A stretch of DNA of 64,000 nucleotides, taken from the NCBI GenBank assembly GCA_040954595.2, contig CM082590.2, positions 10,070,088 through 10,134,087 on the forward strand, in the 5' to 3' direction. This document shows, one piece after another, positions 27,037 to 39,541 of the stretch. The stretch is from Balanoglossus misakiensis. Taxonomy: Eukaryota; Animalia; Hemichordata. A program made the position numbers and the translations under genes. Each line of letters starts with the position of its first letter. Within the stretch, counting starts at the first letter, position 1. The notes under the pieces were generated by a model. That model saw nothing but the letters and a program-made list of their open reading frames with translations, searched no databases and was not told the origin of the DNA.

Positions 27037-30011
27037 AGAGAGGGATGGAGGGAGGGGGATTGATGTAGTGGCAGATTTTTAAAGTTGGCAACTTTGGATG
27101 GATAGATGGAAGAACATTCTATAAACATAGAGTCTTAGTAAATGGTGCATCATTCATTTGAATGTGGAATCATAGAAATACGAGGCTTACAACAAAATGC
27201 ATGCCCATCACTTGGTAATGTGAGAGTACAGAGAAACAACTGACTCAACAACGTGGAGAACTCTACGACCAGTTTAGTCAGTCAAATCATTGCAAATGAA
27301 CATCGTCTTCTTTCTTGTTTATTGTTTATTTCTCCTCTCCACATAGCTAACTACCACCATTACTTGGCAATAACGTGGGGGCCTTTTGCTCCGCTATAAA
27401 ACTTTTATCGGGTCATCACAAAAACATTGCATGTTAGCTATGTAGTCCATGCGGCAGACAGATATCTGTACTTGTTAAAGGCCTGTTTGGACCGACACGA
27501 ATGTGAGGGATTGACAGAACAACTAAACCAAACTCGTCATTGAAATTCAGACACAACTTTCATAAGTGTCACCCATTTGGCAGAGTCTTTGATTTCGTTT
27601 CAATCTCACCCCTTCCTCTTATTAATAATCCAATTTGAACCGCATCATCTTAATTCCTCCCCACTCTGGTCGTTCAGAAATAGTGTACAATGAAGTTAAT
27701 GGTGGAAGTGTACAAGGGTACATCCCACTAGGTGGTATATTGTGAAAAGTCAATTGCACTTCCCCAGAGACTTGTTGAATTCGATAGAAAGTGGACAATA
27801 CTAAACTTTATAAGGTCATGAAAGTTCTGAAGTGCCTTGCATTTAACCTGACCGTTTCAGTTCATTGGTTCATCTATAGATTGCTCACAACTACGAAAAC
27901 GTGGAACAGATAAACAAAACTCTCCATCATTTGATTTACTTACTATCTAATAACCATGTCATTTTGTGCAGTGGTTTTAATTGACAGTCAGATTCTAATG
28001 GGCGTTGATACCAATATTTTTTATTATTCTGCACATGTGTGAAGAAGAATTAGAAAGTTAAGCAAAATTTCACAGCAATGCTATTTAACCTGTTGTGAGT
28101 TTTAAAATATCGGTTAAGTGGACATAGGTGCATAGTTCTGGCACTTATTCATTTACTTAGTAATTATGATTAATGCACTTTGAGTTTTAATATTCTCATT
28201 AGCGAAAAATTCAAACATTTTGCGCAACCATGTTGTCATTCCCTTTCACTGACGGAACGATTCACAATCCCGCCAAAATTAACTTGGGAAGGGACTAAAG
28301 CCACGTGTCAAAGTACACCCATACACTTAACATAATATATCCTATATCATTTTATTTTGCTTTATTTACTTTATTTTATGTTATGATTTAGTTTTATTTT
28401 ATTTTATTTATTTTCTAGATTAAGTTAATATGCTTACACAGTAAATGTGTAAATATTAATGTATTTTTTATTTAATTGCTTTTGATTTTATCACATCGTA
28501 CTATGACCTGCCAGAGTATCTAGAACTGTACAGGAACTGTATTACAAAACCCTTTTTGACTTGAAGGGTGTTGTATACTCAAAAAACTAGTTTTCGCATG
28601 AATAATGTTATAATAGCAGGCGTTGCCCATACCAGTGGGGTAGGATTTTCTTAACCATTGAATGTCTTAAATAAATCTATTTTTCTTCTTCTGAACTCGC
28701 TGTACTGTACAGTGTTCTATAGAAACGCTCACATGGCCTACAGCAATGACGTCTGTTTTGTTCCCTATCCATCCACCCAAAAGAACACCCTACCTTTACA
28801 AAATCGGTTATTATTGTTTACAAGATATAAAAATCAGAAAGGGTAGTAAATCCACAATTGTTCGCTTGTTTCCCTCTTCAAATGTTTGCTCAGAATGAAT
28901 GACTGTCCGTTCCGTCTGGTTGTGCTTTTCTCATTTCTAAATGAAAAAAAGGATCAACTGGCTTATCTAAACAAAGGAATACTATTATTCCAGTTTTTCT
29001 TTAGTAAAAATATATACTGCACTAAAGTTATTTTTCTGCTAATCTTAAACGTGATCTTAATGGTAAACTCTTGAAAAAGACAAGCAGAGGTTATAAAATG
29101 GCCCTTTAAACCTGTTTGTTATTAATGTTTTATTAGATATATGCTATAGTTTACTTTGAGTTAAAATTGTCACAAAATCAAGAGTATATTCTACTGATAC
29201 CATGACAATTAATTGCTACATAAACTGGTACCGCGACTTCTTTTAACAATATTAGCTTTTTCTCTATGCTAAAATATATCTTTTATATCATACGTTTTCT
29301 TTGTGAAAAGTAGAATAATGTCTGCTAAAACAAGCCCAGAAAGGATAAATTCAATTTGAGCGAGATCATTTATTGGCTTACGGAGCAACGCGTTTGAATT
29401 CCCAGGCAAAACCAGGTTTGTTATTTACTTTCGATTAAATTCGTGTTATCGGCCAATCAAGTGGACACACCTCCTGCTAAATTCAAACGTAATTTTTCAC
29501 TTTTTTCTCTTACCATCGAACAATTCGTGTGAAAGTCAAATACTCGAAACCTTTGTAATATTTGCTCTGCTACATTTGCGCGGTTATTCATCTGGAAATT
29601 TCCGCCATGTTGCATTCGCATTTTGGCATGTCCGTTATTCAGCAAACTGGATTATTACAAACTGGTTTGAAACCTCATTTGTTTGCTTCTAGTAATTAAT
29701 TTTAGAGCATTTTGTAACCAGACACCCGGTTCTTCTAACATTGTGCAAATATACATGCATCTACAGAATATACCCCATCCTATTACCAGAGCATGCCAAA
29801 AATATAATATGAATTTCTGCCCACCAATTGAAAGTATACAGTATGTAATCTCACGAACGTTCCTCTATCCGTTATATTGGCTAGCCGGCGTCTAAGTTTT
29901 CAATCGAGGAAGCTGTTTGATTTAAGTTTCCTAGTGGATGGAAAGTCATAATTCCTATCGCTGTATGGTTTGCGTTAGTTTGATATTGAGTTAAATTCTT
30001 CCTATATTGGT

Positions 30012-30046
30012 TTTGTTTGTTTGTTTGTTTGTTTGTTTGTTTGTTT
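30012..30046. repeat. (TTTG)n microsatellite
   Basis: Perfect tetranucleotide run. Confidence 0.97.
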
Positions 30047-31293
30047 CCTGATCTCCCGTAGGACCAAGTTTCAATCTCCATCATTAAAGCAAAATAAATT
30101 GACAGCGTTTGAAGGGAGTTGTATCTGATTCACGAACGGACATTTTCCATCACCAGATCGTGCACGACAAACGGCTTGTTATTGAATGCGCGTAAAGAGT
30201 TCGGGAAGTATCTTTGTTGCGGTTTGTCCGAAAATGGAAAGCCCGCCTTGATTCCGGGAAATGTAGGAAAAGTATGCCACTATGTTAAAATTGGGCCCAG
30301 ACTAACGCATGGAGATGATATTTTTAGGAACTAGGGTGACGCCATTTTGAAGAGAATAGTGCAGGCGTATTTCGACGCTGAAGATTCTCGTCTGACAAGG
30401 AATGCGTTTATAGGGACGACTTAAAACACGAACACACGCTATGCATCGCATTTCCTTCATCAATGCTCGGTTCACTGTCGATAAAATATAAAAGCACATA
30501 GACTTCGTGTTTTTATGTTTTCGCGCCATTTTCGACAAAGTGACATATTATTAGGTTCACCACAAAACACATTTCAACGCCGACGTACACGTATAATGTC
30601 CACTGGGTGAAATTGGGTTTTAAACGCATGTATAGGTAGTAAAAGTTTAGAAAAAAGTCCCGTAAAATTCAGAAATGTAGAAGGATGATTTCAGCGCACA
30701 ATAAAATAAATGTTCCTCGTTTCTGCGCCATTCTTTCTCTCGTTTTAACGCATTTTAGAGTTCGATTTCAAAATGGCGGATGCTATGAAGCGACCCGTCT
30801 CCTTATCAGGTCATCGGCTGTGAGATGCGAACTGAACAAAAGTGAATCTACTTTACGCAGTAAAGGTAGCGAGCGTTATTGCCAGTCTAACACCTACTTG
30901 TCGTCTGGCTAAAATTGGCGTTAAAATTTCCCGCCAGGGAGGGAAATGCTAAATCTTTTACAGCATCGAAAATGACTTCGTTCATCGCCGCGATTTAAGT
31001 GGATGCCTGATTTTTCTTTGTAGCTCTGGCGAGGACCGAAGACGCCTCGGATATAAAAAGCACCCAACGGAAAACAAAAAGCATGCAACAATGAAACTCG
31101 AATATGGCCCGCTTCCGAAAATTAAAGTAAATAGATTTTAAGAAAAATTAAACTGAAGAAAGTCAAAATGGTGTTAGAACAGTGCGAAGGCTTTATATAT
31201 GATATAATGTCACGTAGAAAATATGGAGATATCGGGGGAAATGAACCACAAGAAATTACGTCATATTTTGTGGTGTATCTGTCAAACCAGAAT

Positions 31294-31307
31294 ATGCCCC
31301 CTAGAGG
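31294..31307 (-). promoter_or_regulatory. CTCF-like motif CCTCTAGGGGGCAT
   Basis: Close match to the CTCF core consensus CCASYAGRKGGCRS. Confidence 0.5.
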
Positions 31308-31987
31308 TTAACAACCCCAGCGGTAACTTATGGACATGTAGACGTTTTTTTACCGGTCAGACTGTCTTTCTATGACTATTGGTGTTAGTTGGGAGCACGT
31401 TGTTGAGTTATTCTGCCTTCAACAAAAACAAAATCCGGGGCCTTGACTCTTGGGGCAGCTTCCTCGCCCCGAGTTCGAAATGGACTATAAAATTCTACGC
31501 TTGTTCCTTTGAGACGAGCCGCTCGGAATATAGTCCGTCTGGAATTACAGACGCGCACACAACACAAGCGTGTGCACCGACGGTCAAACAAATATCCTAG
31601 CTTGCCTTGAGGGCGTCCTCGATAATTGAAGTTGTAAAGATAATCTTGGTCGTCAGGACAATTTCGAGAGCGGATCCAAGATCAGAATTTTAACGCGGGA
31701 GATGTGTGGGAAACGACATGCAGTGAGAAGCACCATGTTGAATAATAAGACGCACGCAGTCTCGGTTAGCAACGATGTCGCGCCTGAAGTATTTCTCATT
31801 TCTCTTGAGGCGATGTTGTGTTCCTAAACAAACACATATATAAAATGGTTCGAGAGCTATTATATAGGCCGGTCTAGCGAACAAGAGATCGGCATAAACT
31901 GTTTAGGGCGTTTCCACCGGTACCTATGACAACCTAGATAACAATCAAGATGGGGTCTACAACCTCACAACATCAAAATGGAGGTGA

Positions 31988-32452
31988 ATTGACTACAGTG
32001 TAACAAGTGAAACACTAATGTCATGCATCTGATATAAATAATAAACTACATTGGTACTACAATGTAACAAATAATAAACTACATTGGTACCACAATGTAA
32101 CAAAAAAAACTACATTGGTACTACAATGTAACAAATAATAAACTACATTGGTACTACAATGTAACAAATAATAAACTACATTGGTACTACAATGTAACAA
32201 ATAATAAACTACATTGGTACTACAATGTAACAAATAATAAACTACATTGGTACTACAATGTAACAAATAATAAACTACATTGGTACTACAATGTAACAAA
32301 AATTCAAAAGCTTAGAGTGACGTGGCACCAACTGTTTCCATCACTTGTTACATTGTAGCCATTTGTGTCTCATTTAATGCAGCCTTCCTATCACTCTACA
32401 CCTGATTTCTTCAAACAGCGAATCACAACACAGCACGTGCACATAACTGCAC
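31988..32452 (+). repeat. Dispersed repeat, copy B (hosts the 33-bp minisatellite)
   Basis: Same collinear blocks as 3241-3520. Confidence 0.85.
32036..32297. repeat. Minisatellite, 8 units of 33 bp (AAATAATAAACTACATTGGTACTACAATGTAAC)
   Basis: Read directly; unit 2 has one substitution and unit 3 is 31 bp. Confidence 0.98.
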
Positions 32453-35400
32453 CCACAGTTCGACAGCTGAATTTGCTAAACCCATCTGAAAAACACACAT
32501 CTGAAACGTCTGATTTGAAACGTCTCCGTACCGGGGACGAAGAGATCAAGATTTCTTAACTGCCACAATCATACCGTGTGGGGGCGCTGTCACCAATGCA
32601 TAGTTGTCCAACAAAACTGCCTGCTGGTAGTTCAAATTCAGTGTTGCGTGTATGACTTTGACTGTTTTTTCTTTACTTTTACCAGTTTATTTCATTTTTT
32701 CTCATAAACATTCCACGATATGTTTTACCAAGGCCTCGAAAAATGTAAGGAAAAAGATTTGCTTCGTAATAATTGATCTTTATGGCTATTAAGGTGAGGC
32801 GAGCGAGATATCGCGTGCCGCTTGTAATGACGTTGCATATCCACCCTTTTTTCATCGATAACGAGTAAAATTTATAGCAACACTGGTAATTTATTCGCGA
32901 AGTAATATTTGCTTTATCAAAAACTATTAACAGCGCTCAGGGCCCGTCGGTTTCCGCTGTGAAGATCGTGTTAGTACTTCCGTTTGGAAAATCGGGTTGA
33001 TGTTTTTGAGCAGTACAAAGTCACTTGTCGTGTCAGATTAACTCAATATGATTGTAAATTTTGACAGAGATTCGGATTTTCTTCTGTTGCGTGTTCAAAG
33101 CCGATTCTGGCACTATGAATGAATTATTTCAAAAGCAATATTTTATTTCTGATATTTTTTTCGTCTTTTAAGTCTCAGAGTAATCACGCTATTGGTTGTA
33201 ATGGTCGCGTGATCATAGAGCCTCTCCCAGTTAGAAAACGAGCTCCCGGTTACTCTGTTACGCGACCAGGCACTGGAAATTATTATTAATATACGTAAAA
33301 CCATCAAAATAATAGAACTTGGCAAGCAAAAAACGACACGTTGACATTTATTTCCCATGAAAATATACTATCTCGTGTGAAATTAATAAATGTTTTTTCT
33401 TGTATTTTATACTGTGCGTGAGTGTCAGTGTGTTTTATTTGATGTCAGTTTGTCATTCTGAAAATGCGATAAAGATGTATTTTTTATTCCATGTCTGTCG
33501 TGTTAGGCTATCTTTCAGCTGGGATAAGGTTGATGAAACAAGGTCACAATCATTTGCCAAGTAAGACTATACAGACTTGATGGACAGTCTTTGCGAGCGT
33601 GACATAGACATTATACTGTTGAAATCTGGTGGATTAAAGAAGTCTTCATACTTTATTGACATGTCTATAAATAATTGATTAAGTTCCGTGTCCTCATACG
33701 TAGTTCATATTTTGTTCGATGCACTGTCAACGAGAACTCATTTTCAACGTGGTTATCGGCTGAGATTTGAGTCTTAGATAACGCTGATATTCTTCCACGT
33801 GTCTTTCTCTTTCTATCTCTGTCGCCCACTTCTGTCTGTCTCAGGCCTGTCTGTCTCTGTCTGTCTGTCTGTCTCTCTTTCTTTTTCTCTCTCCACCCCA
33901 CCCGCAATACATTTATCTAGCACACCAACTGTATTTGCACAAAGGTTCATTTCAAGAACCATATCCATTTTGACAGTATCAGCTTATCTTTATCTTATGT
34001 GACGTTCATGGCAAATTTATTATCATAACATACTCCTGAAATAAGTAGTCAAAACACATTGTTCGTCGTTGAATAATACTCTACAAAGGGGGTTCCCAGA
34101 TCCCATTAAAGCTCTTTGGAGAAAAAAAGTCGAACGCCAACAGAAACGTCAAAAGACATCGTTCACCTAATTTATTGCACATCTCGCGCGTTGGTACATA
34201 TGCAACAACAAATGTCTCATCGCTCAATTTTGTTCGACAGATTATTTTTGCTTATTTTCATTTCAAACTTCATATCAGAATTTTATTGTGCTACGGTAAC
34301 TCGAATGATTTCAGTAATGAATTTGTTAAAATATTGGATTCGAGTTGAGTGAAGATGGCGATATTTTATGAGATTTGTTTTTGAATTACCATATTTGGCG
34401 GGAAATTCATTATCGTCTGCCACATTTTCGAGTTTGCGGACCGAGAGTATTCAACAATGGTAAATGAAATGAGTGTATTTCTGACAGATTTCTTTTTAGA
34501 AAGTAATTTAATTTGTTGGTCATTTGATTTGGATTTAGTGATAATTGCTTGAATTGTTATACGCAAGAGCAGAGTAGGAAATATTTTCAATAATGTCGTG
34601 GCACTCTCGACTAAAGATCGGCCATGTACTGCCGCGAGAAGAGGTTATCGTCAAAAGAACGACACTATCTCTGTTTTACCACAAAATATACCTCGCAATG
34701 TATGATAGTCATCGCGCGCGACATAGATATCTTTTCTTTCCTATCGTCTGCGTTTATCTTGTTCCTTTTTTATTGGAGTTGTCACCAGCGGGGTTCTGAT
34801 ATCAGCTCCGATTTTAATCCCATTTCTGTTGCCGTGATATTTGAAGTGCTATTTAAAAGTGCCAATTCCTGAAGGCGCGAAACACCTTGTGCCAATTGAT
34901 AGGCCATTTGTCTGCATCAATCGCACTATGCACGATGCGTGTTTGAGTAATAGATATAGCAGTTTGTCCTATTAGCATGTCCCCCAGCTGTGGAGCTGCT
35001 ATACCCCATGTGTTGCGTCCTAGCAGAGATAAAAAACGCTCTCCCGTTCGGCTCTGACAGCGACTATGTTGCTTACCCTAGGGCGGAACGAAGGGCCATT
35101 TTTTCTCCTATTTTCCCCCATGCCCCATTGATACATCTTAATTTCCGAAACCCGGTAATACAAGCTGCAAACTTCGCTTGTAGCGAATTATTGCAACGCG
35201 TTGTTTGCCTAACACGGTCCACAGTCGGGGCATTCTTCCAGCGTCGTTCGCTGCAATTTGCAATTTTAAGAGTCGACGCTCCTTTTTGTCGGAACACTAC
35301 AACTGTTCGGGCTCACTTTCTCGGAAATTTATGCCGCACGCAAAAAAAATTGACAGTTGCATTAAGTACGGTGGTATAAAATGCTCCATGGGAAATGCAT

Positions 35401-37090
35401 TTGCTTTCGGTTGCAACATAGTTATTAAAGATAGACGGTCTTCACTCTAACAAGAATGGAAAACATTGCTTTTGACAGAAAAAAATGTACAAAATTATGA
35501 TTCTCTATATCATTGGGGTCGCTTGACATTATCAAATAGTTTTTCGCTCCCTCTAAAGACGAAAATGGCTCGTTATCAATTTGTTTCAAGTTTTATGTCC
35601 GTCGGGTCGGCAATTGTGTAAGATTTTTATGCGCTTACGAAAATCTGCCATTTCGAGGAAGGAAACACAATCTGAAAGATAGATTTTAATTTTTTTCAGA
35701 GAAGCCTTGACTAATTATCGTTGTAGCTTAAAATTGACAAAAAATGTAATAATCATTTCTGGAGTTTCTCACAAGTGATTTTATCGTCGTTTCTTTAATT
35801 GGCGCGCAATATGGCGGCTTTTAAGGCTGTGGTGGGGTAACGGTTAGGAAATCAGTCGTTCGCGCTGGAAAAGCGGAAAAAAATGACATCAGATTTGTGT
35901 TCGCGACACCACGCTGTATCATCGTCGACTTCCAGTCCCAGCTATTACACGCTCCGCCAGCTTGCGAGAGCCGAACAACAATAGCCATGAAAAATTCAAA
36001 AGCATGGGCCTTTCTGTTTATCGCCTGGCCATTGTGTGATTTAAGGCCGCGTATCTGAATCAGCAGCTTCCATTGAAAATGCCCTGGGGCGCGCCAGAGT
36101 TCCACGGGACACCGTTCGTCATCCTCCGGCTTTTACGAGCGTGTAGTTACGTGAACAAAAAACGAAGGCAAAAGACACACGTTTCATTTGTCTAGCAAAA
36201 CGATTGGAAATTGCGGAGAAATTATGGGATGGACGGCGAAAAATGTGGACGAGATGACTCTCGGATATACATGTACGAATTGAAGATGGTTACTCTTTAT
36301 TCTAATAAAGTGAACTTGTTTCTTCTTCAGGGGACATGTACAGTGAAAGTCATGACGGCACAATAGAGTTACATGTATGGCTTAACATCAACAAAACATC
36401 AAAATCCTCAGAGTTAAAAACAATAGGAATCGCACAATAATCACATGACGAAGACAGCACAGAGAGGAAACACAAATCCGGTGTCGGCAACAAAACCTTC
36501 CCGCCAAAACAAAAGTGAGCCGACGAAATACTGCTTTCGAACCAGGCAGCAGAGTCGCTATAATTTGAAACGCAGGGGTCCTCCAACAAGTAGACGTGAT
36601 CACAACGATTACACGATAAAAATCTTTCCAAGCAATGCCAGCCATACCACAACAATGAAAATTCTTACTAACGTTTCAGATATCGTCTCTGATAAGGTAA
36701 AGTAATACCCATGTAACGAATTAATTTGATCAGCGAACCTGAAACTTCTTTAACCAACACTCCGAAAACAAATCAACCAGTACAATTCCGCGCCATATTA
36801 TGTCTGCATGCCTCATTAGTGATAATTGATATACTAATTAATTAACATTGTCCCCAGAGCAATAAAGACCAGTGTTAAAATAATTACCGTTATACACTCT
36901 TTACGGTTCCACTGGCCTCCCTGGTCGCTGGGACTACTCAATCCTTTTCTGGATCTTGCCATTCGAAACATTAAAAGTTTTTAAACATTGGAGAAGAGTG
37001 TTACTCGACATTTTGTGTTTTACAATCCAGTGGGTTCTTTTTACATACTTTTCAACTAGATTGTCCTTGTTTAAGTTATGTAATAAGGGC

Positions 37091-37299
37091 ATGGTATAGC
37101 GACTAGGGCTATAATCCTCGAGGCTTCTGACAAACTTTGAAAGCAATGAAAGTTCGATTTAACAACACCTAAAGCGTGGTCGGAATTTTCTGATGTTGAG
37201 CGTGTCACCATAATGAAGCAAAACTATATTCATAACGGATTTGCTTCGTGTATGGCACCAGTCGGCGAACAAACGCCGGTTTGGAAGATTAGCACGGAG
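37091..37299 (+). repeat. Left arm of a 209-bp inverted repeat
   Basis: Reverse complement of 39333-39541, with 7 mismatches and no gaps by manual alignment. Confidence 0.97.
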
Positions 37300-37863
37300 A
37301 TCGAGATGTTGCAGTCATGTCGTGACATGAACGCAGTTACTGTGACTTTCTTAATTTCTTTCTGATTTAGAAACTGAACAACGAAGTTTAATACAAAAAT
37401 CATAACCGGCCAGAAAGTTTATGAGAGAAAAAGTGTCATTTTCAATCGCGGAGGTAGATCCTGCACTAAGATTTAACCATTCATTTACTCCGGGTTGTAA
37501 ATATAGACAAATCCAACTATCACATTTACACCAAATGTTACCGTAGCTGTATCTGGCTCGGTTTTTAATATTTTATTCATATTTGTTCTCTTAATTCTGT
37601 ACGGCTGTCTGGAAGAAACAATAAGGATAAAGGATTTTAAACACTCCTCACCGTGTTACAAATCGTAAATTAAGAGTGGTTTTGTTAATTGGGGTAATCG
37701 TCCAATAGCGAGAAAAACACACAGCCTGGCAGTTTCTCGAAGCAACGCAGGACGTAAACCTTCAGCTGCCGCGGCGGAGCCACGCGCTCGGTCCCCGGCT
37801 GGAACCGGTTGAAAACCCGGTGTCCACTTCGCAAATAAAATCCCCGTGAAATTCAAAATGCCC

Positions 37864-38065
37864 GGCAATATGCATAGAACGTAGTGCACTTGTAGAACCG
37901 TGTTTGTTTAAACGCCAGAAAGACGACATCTTTGAGGAGATGCAACATTGTTACCATTTTGTTCTGGCAATATGCAAAAATCTTCAGTGCACTTTTTAGA
38001 ACCGTGGGTTTTTGACGCCAGAACGACGACATCTTTGAGGAGATGCAACATTGTTGCCATTTTGT
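37864..38065. repeat. Tandem duplication, ~102-bp unit x2
   Basis: GGCAATATGCA...GTGCACTT..TAGAACCGTG...GACGACATCTTTGAGGAGATGCAACATTGTT(A/G)CCATTTTGT starts at 37864 and again at 37966. Confidence 0.93.
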
Positions 38066-38691
38066 ACCCTATCAGACGCCTGTCTCCGACGAGGCGTCAA
38101 TTTTGAATAATTTGTTGTCTGCAATACAACCATACGGGCCTTGGCCTTCACGCATGTAAAGCATTCAGAAATGTTACATATTTAAATTAATATAATTGAA
38201 GAAAGATCTTTGGCCTTTAAGGCGTTCCCCTTAAAATTGTTTATCTTTCACCATATTGCTGATCTGTCGTCACGTAGTTTGCGAGTCACAAAATTTCCAT
38301 GCAGAAACTCTCGACAAAACTGCGCAAAAACGAGAACGACCATCCCCGATGATTCTATACTTTGACATTATTTAGTAAGAACGGGACTTTGCCAGAAAAG
38401 TGTTTGATAACAATGATACAAATGTTCAATGAAAGCTGTCACGGAATTTGATTGACTGGTTGCTTTGTATCAGTTGTGTTGCTCTCGGGGCAATGAGGTC
38501 ATGTGTTACCTGGCAATGCAATCAACCCGAGGAGAAAAAACCGTCAAATTTCGGCAAATTTCTCGCGTGTTATAAAACAACAGCATGCTCTTGAGCAACC
38601 GAAGAAATCTGCCACACACAACAACCCGCCAAACCGACCAACTTTTGTGTCGATGAACAAACTTAGATGCAGAGAAAAGAAAGATGCAGAG

Positions 38692-38692
<1 letters not shown>

Positions 38693-38766
<74 letters not shown>
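38693..38766. repeat. (GATA)n microsatellite
   Basis: Perfect tetranucleotide run inside the inverted-repeat spacer. Confidence 0.99.
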
Positions 38767-39332
38767 CTGACTGATCGATTACTAATTCATATTGAAGTAT
38801 CACAATTATAATTTTGAACAGTTTATGAACATCTATCATAAAATAGTAGCATATGGTTCAGATTAGAAAACAGTTCCATTTTTGTGAAATTTTAAGCTTT
38901 CGTCATAAAATGACAACTATCCATCAACTGCAGTTACAACTCGGCGCGCGCGCGCGGTCGGCTGGGGTTGTGGACGCTGGGTCGCATAATGCGGAGTTAC
39001 TTCCAAACCAGAAAGAAACAATCTAACAATGTATCGCAACAAATTTGAACATTGTAATTTCGTCTTTTTCCCTCTCTGTCACATTTATGATCAAATCTTT
39101 GGTGTATTTACGAGACTAATCTAAGTATTCCTATTTATGATTGTGCGAGGGCGCGTCGCCGACCATCACTTGTGAAATGTCGTTTATGGACGCAATTCCC
39201 ACATAGCCTGTAGTAAGGAAATTGAAAAAAGGAACGGAAAATTACAACAGATTCATTTCAATTATTGCATTTCTCAGATATACAATTTTAAGCTAGCGTC
39301 ACATTGCAGAGAGTTGGAATAACATAAGAACA

Positions 39333-39541
39333 CTCTGTGGTAATCTTCCAAACCGGCGTTTGTTCCCCGACTGGTGCCATACACGGAGCAAATCCGTTAT
39401 GAATATAGTTTTGCTTCATTATGGTGACACGCTCAACATCAGAAAATTCCGACCACGCTTTAGGTGTTGTTAAATCGAACTTTCATTGCTTTCAGAGTTT
39501 GTCAGAAGCCTCGAGGATTATAGCCTTGGTCGCTATACCAT
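39333..39541 (-). repeat. Right arm of a 209-bp inverted repeat
   Basis: Reverse complement of 37091-37299 (~97% identity). Confidence 0.97.

Larger units (their letters stand above)
37091..39541. mobile_element. Possible non-autonomous DNA/foldback element (2.45 kb, long TIRs)
   Basis: Long near-identical inverted arms with internal tandem repeats. No transposase ORF and no clear target-site duplication. Confidence 0.4.

Noticed and set aside
32036-32297. CRISPR-like array of palindromic 33-bp repeats
   Set aside because: The units are directly adjacent with no unique spacers, there are no cas genes, and the context is eukaryotic; it is a minisatellite.
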